64,000 nucleotides of DNA from NCBI GenBank assembly GCA_033764015.1, contig JANRJK010000038.1, positions 1-64,000 of the forward strand, in the 5' to 3' direction. The stretch's first letter is position 1. Each line of letters opens with the position of its first letter. Of this stretch, positions 1-8,380 are shown piece by piece. This DNA is from Candidatus Sumerlaeia bacterium (GTDB lineage Bacteria > Sumerlaeota > Sumerlaeia > SLMS01 > JANRJK01). The notes under the pieces were generated by a model. The model searched no databases and was not told the DNA's origin. It was given only the letters and a program-made list of their open reading frames with translations. Both the position numbers and the translations under genes were made by a program.

Positions 1-139
1 CGATCCCCCCCGCACGGCCGCGCGGAGGGAAACCAGCGGGGAGTTCTCCACAGATCGGCGCGGATGTTAAGTCCCCCCGCGCCCCCCTGTGATGGTGACG
101 GGGGACATCCCCATCGAGAACCCCGGGGGAAACATACAA

Positions 140-430
140 GCCGGGGAGCAGCTCGACCGCCAAGCCCACGCCGCGAGCGCGCCGGAGGGCGAAGGAAGCG
201 CGCCGCCGGGAAGCCCTCCACGCCGGACACCACCACCGGCGCCGAGGCACCGCGAGGACAGAGGCACAGCCGCCGGGGATCGACCGCAGGCCGAAGCAGC
301 TCGACCGCCAGGGCCACGCGCCCGCAGGGCCACGCCAACCGCGCCAAGGGCTTCCCACCCGTCGAGGACCGCGAACGCGCCGCCAAGGCCGCGCGACAAC
401 GCCACACCGCGACGGGGGAGCAGCTCGCTC
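140..430. repeat. Second patch of the mosaic repeat modules (same family as 4735-8375)
   Basis: 343-390 (GCCAAGGGCTTCCCACCCGTCGAGGACCGCGAACGCGCCGCCAAGGCC) is identical to 6298-6345. CAGCTCGACCGCCAAGCCCACGC near 149 recurs near 7816. GGATCGACC and GAAGCAGCTCGACCGCC cores are also present. Confidence 0.85.
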
Positions 431-445
431 CGGGGGGCTCCACCG

Positions 446-1132
446 TCACCCCACCCCCGAGCTTGCCGCCGGAGGTCCGGGCCGTGACTTGGCGCCGCGC
501 CATTGGCCCCGCCTTTCCAGCTCCCGCCGCGCCGCGAGAATCCGGCAAGGCTCGCCCGGGGCGCCCGTGTCCGGGAATGCGCCGTCCGCGTGAATCTGCA
601 AACCCGCGAGGACCTCCCGGAGCGCCGCGTCATCCGGTTCCGCCGCCAGCAGCGCGCCGAGGACAGGCTCGATAACCGCGCCCCACGGGTCCCGCTCGCC
701 ACCGTCCGCCAGCCACTCCGCGAGGAAGGCGAACCCCTTCGCCCGTACCACGCCCCCGCAGTCCCTCCGCTGCCGAACGTCGAGACCTCCCCGCGCCCCC
801 TCCACCCGGTCCGCCGCCCGGCAAGCCCGGGCCCACTCCTCCGGGAGCACCCCCTCGGGGGGCGCCGCCGGGTTCCGTGGCGCCAGTAGCACCCGCGCGC
901 CGCCGCGAGCCGGAGGCGCTTGTCCACCCTCAACCGAACGAGAGGCCGGGAGGGTCGCGCGCCCGCGCGCGAGGGGTTCCCTTCGTGTTCCTTTCTTGTT
1001 ACCTTCTAGTTCGTCGGGCATATGGCCCGGGGTGTCCGGGCGTATTGCCCGGGGTGTCCGGGCGCCTCGCCCGGGGTGTCCGCGTCCACCGCCGCCTCCA
1101 GAGTCTTCCCCGCACCGATGGACCCCGGGCAT
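446..1132 (-). CDS. Hypothetical protein; probable C-terminal part of the split replication-initiator-like gene
   Basis: The frame overlaps the end of the HTH ORF across the 22-bp repeats. It reads ELEGNKKGTRREPLARGRA, a linker like those in phage replication initiators, then protein-like helical sequence. There is no convincing independent start. Confidence 0.45.
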   Translation of the reverse strand: MPGVHRCGEDSGGGGGRGHPGRGARTPRAIRPDTPGHMPDELEGNKKGTRREPLARGRATLPASRSVEGGQAPPARGGARVLLAPRNPAAPPEGVLPEEWARACRAADRVEGARGGLDVRQRRDCGGVVRAKGFAFLAEWLADGGERDPWGAVIEPVLGALLAAEPDDAALREVLAGLQIHADGAFPDTGAPGEPCRILAARRELERRGQWRGAKSRPGPPAASSGVG

Positions 1133-1440
1133 ATTGCCCGGGGTTCCCCCTCCGCCGTCTCAACCCCGGGCATATTGCCCGGGGTTCCCAGCGCAACCCG
1201 AAGCGTCGAGGTCCTACCTGGGCGCGAGTCTTGAACCACAAGCCCAAGCGCCAGCAGCTCCGCGACACCCCGGCGAAAGGTCCGCTCGTTTAGGTGCAGC
1301 TCGCGCGCCGCCGTCGAGGCCGAAGCCGTGCATCCGTTCCCGCCGTCCCTGAGCGCCACATAGAGCCAACAGGAGACGCCGAGGCTTGAGACCTCCGGGG
1401 GAAGCACGCCAAGCCGGGCGCAAATGTCCTGCGGTTTCAT
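1006..1440 (-). CDS. Winged-HTH protein resembling the N-terminus of a phage replication initiator
   Basis: WLYVALRD...ASASTAARELHLNERTFRRGVAELLALGLV resembles the HTH_36/lambda-O-type pattern. It is followed by iteron-like repeats inside the coding region. Confidence 0.65.
   Translation of the reverse strand: MKPQDICARLGVLPPEVSSLGVSCWLYVALRDGGNGCTASASTAARELHLNERTFRRGVAELLALGLVVQDSRPGRTSTLRVALGTPGNMPGVETAEGEPRAICPGSIGAGKTLEAAVDADTPGEAPGHPGQYARTPRAICPTN
1015..1189. repeat. Iteron-like repeats; putative replication origin of the element
   Basis: Three tandem 22-bp units CGGGC-N5-GCCCGGGGTGTC at 1015-1036, 1037-1058 and 1059-1080. Two identical 27-bp copies ACCCCGGGCATATTGCCCGGGGTTCCC at 1122-1148 and 1163-1189, with palindromic core CCCCGGGCA-TAT-TGCCCGGGG. 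An AT-richer tract lies at ~981-1012. Confidence 0.75.
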
Positions 1441-1577
1441 AGCGCGCCACCCCGCTTGAGGGATTGACGCGAAGGCCGAAGCCTTGCCAGTGTCACCACC
1501 TCGATTCGATCCTTTCCCACAAGGTCGAAGCCCCGCGCGCCGTGCCCGCCCGCCCGGCGCGCGTTCCTTTTCCTCCC

Positions 1578-3509
1578 CTACCGCCGCGCCGCCAGGAGCG
1601 TTGACTCCACCCCCGCCGCCGAGGGTCCGGGGGGAGTCATCGGCGAACCGTCCCCCCGCGTCCGCATGGCGCGGAGTTCACCAAGCAGCGCGTTCAACGC
1701 CGCCGTGTTCTCCGCCAGCGCCTCCGCGTCGCGCCCGCCGCGCGCCAAGACCTTTTGGGTCTCCGCCGTGGGGTCGATCCCCGAGCGCCGGATTGTCCCG
1801 AGCGTCGAGCCTGCGAGGACCGGATCAACCCCGAGCGTTTCGTCCACCGCCAAGGACATCCGGTCGAACCGCCCCACCATCCCCCGCATCAGGGGGTTTC
1901 TGATGGACGGGAGCCGCGCCTCCACCTCCCCCCGAAGCAGCTCATAATCGAGCGCCGGCCCCGATGGATCGACCCGCGACGCAAGAGCACGGTCCGCCCG
2001 CGCCTCTTGCTCCGCGCGCCGAATCAGGAACGCGCCGCCGCTTGTGGCCCGGAGGGATTCCAGCCGATCCCCCACCACATCGCGCGCCCGCACCTCCCGG
2101 AACAGATCCGCAGGAGCATCCCGGAGCGCCGCGCGCAACGCGGGCGCCTGCTCCGGCCCCACCAGCTCCGGGCGCGCCGAGAGCGCCGCGAGACGCTCCG
2201 CCGGAGAACCGGACAGGCCGCTTGCCGTCCGCTTCACGATTTGCCGCGTTGCGGGATCGAAGGCCGATTCCTCCGGTTCCGAGACCAACCGCACAACGCG
2301 GTTGAGCAGCTCGCCCGACTGGTCCGCCTTGAGCGCGCCCACCGCGAGGGGGACCAGCTTCTCCGCGTCGAGACCCGCCGCCGTACCCTGTTGAAGCGCC
2401 CGGATGAACTGGTCCGCGTTTGTGATCCCCTCGTCTTGAACGCGCGCCGCGAGGTCCACCACATCGCCGCCGGACAGCCCCGGGAGAGACTTCGCCAACT
2501 GTCCAGAGAGCCGCGCGAAGTCGCCGCCAGCCTGCCCCGTGATCGCTTGCCCCCCGATGGACGCGCGCGCCGTTTGCGCCGTGAGGTCAAGCAGCCGGAC
2601 CGGGTTCCGCCGGAGCGTTTCGTCCGCCCCCACCAGAGCCGCAGCAAGCGCCGTGCGCTGGTCCCGCGTCGTCCGCGTCGCCGCGTCCTGATCGACTTCC
2701 CCGAGACGCTCGACCGCGAGACCCACCAGCGGACCCGCCGCGAGGGGCACCGCGCCAGGGGCGCCGCCGAGGGGGGCCGGGACCGTTCCCGCGCCGAGGG
2801 TGAGCGCCTGTTGAGTCCGCGCCCGGAGGTTGTCCGCCTCTTGCGCCGTGAGCGTCAGATCATCCCGGAAGGACGCCAGCGCCACCCGCGCGCCGCCGAT
2901 TGTCGCCGTCAGCACCGCGAAGGGGGGGAGCATCTTCCCCGCCAGCATCCCGAAGGAACCGCCGAGGCTCCGCGACGCCACCGCCGCGCCGCCGAGAGCC
3001 CCCGAGAGTCCATCCACCGCCCGCGAGCCGCCGCGGATGCCTTGCACCGTCCGCGAGCCCACTTGTCCCGCTTCGCCGAGGTACTCCCGGAGCGCGCCTT
3101 GCATCACCACGGTGGAGAGCCGGAACTGTTGCGCTTCCCCCCGGATAGCTTGCGACCGCACGCGCGCCGCGTCCCGAGCCGCCCGCGTCGCCTCCCGCTC
3201 CGATTGCGAACGCGCCCGGGCCGCTTCCCGCTCCGCCCGAGCCGCCGCCACAGCCTCCCGCGACACCTGCCCCACCGCCTCGCCATGCACCCGCGCCGCC
3301 CGGGTCGCCTGGGTCGTGGCCCCGGACAGCTCGCCAGTGGCGCGGGCCGCACCCGCCAGCGCCTCCACTTGCACGCGCCCCGCTTGCGCCGAGACCGTCC
3401 CCAGCCTCTCCGACGTGCGGGCAAGCCGCCCCGACGCCTGCTCCGCCTCCGCCAAGGCCCGCAACACCGCCGCGTTGTCCGCGTCGAGTTCAAAGGTTAC
3501 AACCGCCAT
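1578..3509 (-). CDS. Phage tail tape-measure-like protein (643 aa)
   Basis: ATG at 3509. N-terminus MAVVTFELDADNAAVLRAL, then a long Ala/Gly/Arg-rich helical region, a hydrophobic Gly/Ala stretch (LGGSFGMLAGKMLPPFAVLTATIGG) and a C-terminal EALAENTAALNALL. This is a typical TMP architecture, but the call is by pattern only. Confidence 0.5.
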   Translation of the reverse strand: MAVVTFELDADNAAVLRALAEAEQASGRLARTSERLGTVSAQAGRVQVEALAGAARATGELSGATTQATRAARVHGEAVGQVSREAVAAARAEREAARARSQSEREATRAARDAARVRSQAIRGEAQQFRLSTVVMQGALREYLGEAGQVGSRTVQGIRGGSRAVDGLSGALGGAAVASRSLGGSFGMLAGKMLPPFAVLTATIGGARVALASFRDDLTLTAQEADNLRARTQQALTLGAGTVPAPLGGAPGAVPLAAGPLVGLAVERLGEVDQDAATRTTRDQRTALAAALVGADETLRRNPVRLLDLTAQTARASIGGQAITGQAGGDFARLSGQLAKSLPGLSGGDVVDLAARVQDEGITNADQFIRALQQGTAAGLDAEKLVPLAVGALKADQSGELLNRVVRLVSEPEESAFDPATRQIVKRTASGLSGSPAERLAALSARPELVGPEQAPALRAALRDAPADLFREVRARDVVGDRLESLRATSGGAFLIRRAEQEARADRALASRVDPSGPALDYELLRGEVEARLPSIRNPLMRGMVGRFDRMSLAVDETLGVDPVLAGSTLGTIRRSGIDPTAETQKVLARGGRDAEALAENTAALNALLGELRAMRTRGDGSPMTPPGPSAAGVESTLLAARR

Positions 3510-3580
3510 CGGTCCGCGCCCCCCGCGCCGCCCCGGTCGAAAGTGGCACCCGGCCCAAACCGCAGGCCGGGCGCGTTGCG

Positions 3581-4219
3581 TTACCAGCCCGGAGGGGGAG
3601 GCTCCGGGGCACAGCTCCCCGGTTTGCCGCGCCGCTCCACAGGAGCCGGAGCCGCCGGGAGCACGCTTCGGAGCACGCCCGCCGCCCACCCCATCAGCTC
3701 CCCGCGCGCAACGTTCTCCGCCGCGAGCGCGTCCGCGAGCGCCTGAGTGGCCCCCTGGGTTTCCGCCTGCGCTTCCTCCAGTTCGGCGCCTCCGATGCCG
3801 TCAAGCCGGAGGCATCCCGCCCGCGTCGCCGCGCGCCGAACCTCGACCGAGGCATCAGCGACCAGCGCCACCGCTACGAGGTAGCGCGCCACGTCCTCGG
3901 GGAGCGCCTCGACCGTGCCGGGCTCCAGTGCCTCCGCAGGGATTCCCGACAGCTCGACACCCGAGAGCCGCGCGAGCCGGATTGCATCTCGCGCCGCGTC
4001 CGTGGCGTATCGGTAGCCCGTCAAGCCGTCTGCCAAGTCGAGAGGCTGGCGCCCTACCCGCCGGAGCGCGTTGTCCGCCGTATCGAGCAGCGCCGCCCCC
4101 TCCGGGTCCTTTGCCGCCGTCACCAGCGCGCCGCCGTCGTCCACAACGTACAGCTCGACCCGCCGAACCGTCGCGCGAACGGCCGCCGCCAAGGGTTCCA
4201 ACTCGATTCCGCCCGCCAT
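3581..4219 (-). CDS. Hypothetical protein (212 aa), directly upstream of the tape-measure-like gene
   Basis: ATG at 4219 with AAGGAAGCGG upstream. Protein-like composition (MAGGIELEPLAAAVRATVRRVELYVVDD...). No family recognised. Confidence 0.65.
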   Translation of the reverse strand: MAGGIELEPLAAAVRATVRRVELYVVDDGGALVTAAKDPEGAALLDTADNALRRVGRQPLDLADGLTGYRYATDAARDAIRLARLSGVELSGIPAEALEPGTVEALPEDVARYLVAVALVADASVEVRRAATRAGCLRLDGIGGAELEEAQAETQGATQALADALAAENVARGELMGWAAGVLRSVLPAAPAPVERRGKPGSCAPEPPPPGW

Positions 4220-4307
4220 GGGATTCCGCTTCCTTTCCCGGTCGAGGTTGCGCGCCGGTCCACCGCCCGCGATGGATTCCCCGGCGCCGTTGCGGACCGT
4301 CGAGCGC

Positions 4308-4538
4308 CTAGCCCTTGAAGGGGGCCGGGCGCGCCGTGCCGTGCGAGGACTGGCGGAGGCCCGCTTCAATGAAGCGCTGAATCTCCGTGCGGGGGTAGCG
4401 CACATGCTTCCCGCCGAGTTTCGAGAACCGAGGCCCGAGGCCCCGGGAACGCCACGTCGCCAAGGTCTTCTCGGGCACTTGGAGCAAGGCCGCCGCTTGA
4501 TTGATCGTCAGCAGCTCCGGGGCTTCGGGTTGGTTCAT
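4308..4538 (-). CDS. Excisionase / AlpA-type HTH_17 DNA-binding protein (76 aa)
   Basis: ELLTINQAAALLQVPEKTLATWRSRGLGPRFSKLGGKHVRYPRTEIQRFI is a canonical Xis/MerR-like HTH. AAGGAAAGG RBS precedes the ATG at 4538. Confidence 0.9.
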   Translation of the reverse strand: MNQPEAPELLTINQAAALLQVPEKTLATWRSRGLGPRFSKLGGKHVRYPRTEIQRFIEAGLRQSSHGTARPAPFKG

Positions 4539-4734
4539 TGCGAGACGCCTTTCCTTGTGGATTCGGGCGCGTGCCGTTGCGCACGTCCGCAAGGATGAAA
4601 GCGCGGGGGGGCTTGTTTCAGCATCGGGAAAAAATGCGCATGACTAGTACCCCGCAAGATTGCAGGAAACCCCAGCAAAAGCGCCCATTTCAGCCTCCGC
4701 CGTGCGGATAGGGTTCTTCCCACCTCCGGGAGAC

Positions 4735-7700
4735 AAGCACCGCCCAAGGCGCACGCGCCGCGAGGGCACAGAACGCGCCGCGCCCTTCTCTCCCAAGGCT
4801 CCGCGCCACCACCACCACCCCGCCGCACACGCCAGCCCCGCCGCCGCCGGAGGGACTTAGGACAGCGGACACCACCGCCACGGGCCACGGTGGAGCAGCT
4901 CGCGCGGACACCGCGACGCGCCACAGGGCGAAGCCTCGAGACCCCCGCCACCGCGACGCGCGAGACCTTCGCAGGCATGGCGCACCACCACCGCGCCGGG
5001 GCCGGTCGAGAGGATCGACCTCGGCACACCTCCGCACCGCGCCAGGGCGCCAGCGCTTCGCCGTCGAGGGCACAGCCACGGGACACCCGGGCCACGGTGG
5101 AGCAGCTCGACCGGCAACGCGACGCGCCGGGGCGCCAGCCTCCGCCGTCGAGGACACCGCGAGGACGGCCGAGGGGACACCCGGGCCACGGCGGAGCAGC
5201 TCGACCGCCCGCAGGATCGAACCCGAGGGTCAGGCACACCACCCACCGGGAAGGGCTCCGCTACGGGCGCATCGGTGGAGCAGCTCGACCGGCAACGCGA
5301 CGCGCGAGACCTCCGCAGGCATGGCGCACCACCGCCGCGCCGGGGCCGGTCGAGGGGATCGACCTCGGGGAACCTCCGCACCGCACCACGGGCGCCAGCG
5401 CTTCGCCGCCGAGGGGCTCCGCCGGGGGGACACCGGGGCCACGGTGGAGCAGCTCGACCGCCCGCAGGATCAACCCGGAGGAACACCCGCACCACCACGA
5501 AGCGCGCCAGCTCGACCCCCGGCAACGCGACGCGCGAGACCTCCGCAGGCATGGCGCACCACTCCCGCGCCGGGACCGGTCGAGGGCACCGCGAGGGGAC
5601 AGCCGGGCCACGGTGGAGCAGCTCGCGCGGACACCCCGCCGCGCCGGAGGGCGAAGCCTCGACACCACCGCCACCGCCAAGCGCGCCAGCTCGACCCCCG
5701 GCAACGCGACGCGCGAGACCTCCGCAGGCATCGCCGGGAAGGATCGACCCCGAGGGATACCCCCACCACCGCGAAGCGCGCCAGCGCCACAGGCGCCACA
5801 GTGGAGCAGCTCGACCGGCAACGCCACCGCCGCCAAGGGCTTCCCGGGCGCCGAGGACCGCGAACGCGCCGCCAAGGCCGCGCGCGGCGCCCGCAAGCAC
5901 CGCCCGGACCGGTCGAGGGGACCGCCGCGAGGATCGACCTCGGGGCACCGCGAGGACGGGAGCACCACCACCGCCCCGGGCCGGTCGAGGACACCGCGAG
6001 GGGATCGACCTCGGCACACCTCCGCAACGCGCCAGGGCGCCACCGCTTCGCCGTCAAGGACAACGCGAGGACGGGAAGCAGCTCGACCGCCGGAAGGATC
6101 GAACCCGAGGGGGACACCACCGCGACGCGCCAAGGCGCCAGCGCTTCGCCGTCGAGGGGCACCGCGAGGACGGGAAGCAGCGCGAGCGCCGCGCCGGTCG
6201 AGAACCGCCGGAGGGCACCGCCGAGGGGACACCCGGGCCAAGGTGGAGCAGCTCGACCGCCCGCAGGATCGAACCCGAGGGAAAGGCACACCACCGCGCC
6301 AAGGGCTTCCCACCCGTCGAGGACCGCGAACGCGCCGCCAAGGCCACGTGCGGCGCCCGAAAGCACCGCCGGGGCCGGTCGAGCACCACCGGAGGGCACC
6401 GCCGAGGGGACACCCGGGCCAAGGTGGAGCAGCTCGCGCGGACAACCCGCCGAGCCGGGGCCAGTCGAGGACCGCCGCCGAGGGGCACCGCCGGGAAGGA
6501 TCGACCGGAGGCACCGGGCCACGGCGAAGCAGCTCGACCGCCGGAGGGATCGAACCCGAGGGACAGGCACACCACCGCCGCCAAGGGCTTCCGACCCGCC
6601 GAGGACCGCGAACGCGCCGCCAAGGCCACGCGCGCCGCCCACAGGCACCGACGGGGCCGGTCGAGGGGATCGACCTCGGGGCACCTCCGCACCGCGCCAG
6701 CGCGCCAGCGCTTCGCCGTCGAGGACAACGCGAGGACCGCAGGCCGGGAGCACCACCACCCCGCCGGGGCCGGTCGAGAGGATCGACCTCGGCACACCTC
6801 CGGGACGCGCCGGGGCGCCACCGCTTCGCCGTCAAGGACAACGCGAGGACGGGAAGCGGCTCGACCGCCGGAAGGATCGAACCCGAGGGGGACACCACCG
6901 CGACGCGCCAAGGCGCCACCGCACCAAGGCGCCAGCGCTCCACCGCCGGAGGGATCGAACCCGAGGGACAGACACACCACCGCCGAGGGGCGCGCCAGCT
7001 CGACCGCCAGCGACACGCGCGCCGCCCACAAGCACCGCCGGGGCCGGTCGAGGACCGCCGGAGGACACCGCCGAGGGGATCGACCTCGGGGCACCTCCGC
7101 GCCAGGGCGCCAGCGCTCCACCGTCGAGGGGCTCCGCAGGCCAGAGGCTCCCCCACCGCACCGCGCCACGGTGGAGCAGCTCGACCGCCCGCAGGATCGA
7201 ACCCGAGGCACCACCCCACCGCCGGGAGCACCTCCACCCCGCCCGGACCGGTCGAGGGGATCGACCTCGGGGCACCTCCGCGCCGCGCCACGGGCGCCAG
7301 CGCTTCGCCGTCGAGGGGCACCGCGAGGACGGGAAGCAGCGCGAGCCCCGGGGCCGGTCGAGGGCACCGCCGAGAGGATCGACCTCGGGGCCGATTGAGG
7401 ACCGCCGGAGGGATCGACCCCGGCACACCTCCGCAACGCGCCAGGGCGCCAGCGCTTCGCCGTCGAGGGCACCGCGAGGGGACACCCGGGCCACGGCGAA
7501 GCAGCTCGACCGCCCGCAGGATCGAACCCGAGGGGGGCACTGCCGCGACGCGCCAGGGCGCCGGGGCGCCACGGTCGAGGGGCTCCGCGAGGACCGCAGG
7601 CCGGAAGCAGCACCACCGCCCCGGGGCCGGTCGAGGGGACCCCCGGGCCACGGCGAAGCAGCTCGACCGCCGCGAGGATCGACCTCGGCACACCGCCGCA

Positions 7701-8375
7701 CCGGGGCGCCAGCGCTCGGCCGTCGAGGGCACCGCTAGGGGACACCCGGGCCACGGTGGAGCAGCTCGACCGCCGGAAGGATCGAACCCAAGGGGGACAC
7801 CTCCGCGAAGCGCGCCAGCTCGACCGCCAAGCCCACGCGCCCCCACAGCCGCGCCAACCGGCCCAAGGGCTTCCCACCCGTCGAGGACGGCAAACGCGCC
7901 GCCAAGGCCACGCGCGGCGCCCGCAAGCACCGCCCGGACCGGTCGAGGGGATCGACCTCGGCACACCCGCACCGCGCCAGAGTGCCAGCCTCCGCCGTCG
8001 AGGGCACCGCGAGGGGACACCCGCGCCACGGCGAAGCAGCTCGACCGCCAGCGCCACGCGCGAGACCTCCGCGGGCATGGCGCACCACTCCCGCGCCGGG
8101 ACCGGTCGAGGGGATCGACCTCGGCACACCACCGCACCGGCCGCCAGCCTCCGCCGTCGAAGGACACCGCGAGGACGGGAAGCAGCGCGAGCCCCGGGGC
8201 CGGTCGAGGGCACCGCCGGGGGGATCGACCTCGGCGCACCTCCGCGCCGCGCCGGGGGCGCCAGCGCTCCACCGTCGAGGGGCCCCGCAGGCCGGAGCCT
8301 CGAGACTCCCGCCCACGGTGGAGCAGCTCGCGGAGCAGATCCGAAACGCAGGGCGCCGGGGGTACAGCTCGCGCG
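4735..8375. repeat. ~3.6 kb non-coding mosaic array of short shuffled direct-repeat modules
   Basis: Recurrent modules in varying order, all co-oriented: GGGCCACGGTGGAGCAGCTCGACCG, GGATCGAACCCGAGGG, GCCGGTCGAGGGGATCGACCTCGG, GGCGCCAGCGCTTCGCCGTCGAGG, GGCAACGCGACGCGCGAGACCTCCGCAGGCATGGCGCACC and the 48-bp GCCAAGGGCTTCC...GCCAAGGCC. 6002-6140 is nearly identical to 6780-6918. Confidence 0.92.
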
Positions 8376-8380
8376 CCGCG

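Noticed and set aside
4735..8375. CRISPR array or diversity-generating retroelement
   Set aside because: There is no constant repeat with unique equal-length spacers, no cas genes, no reverse transcriptase and no TR/VR pair in the window.
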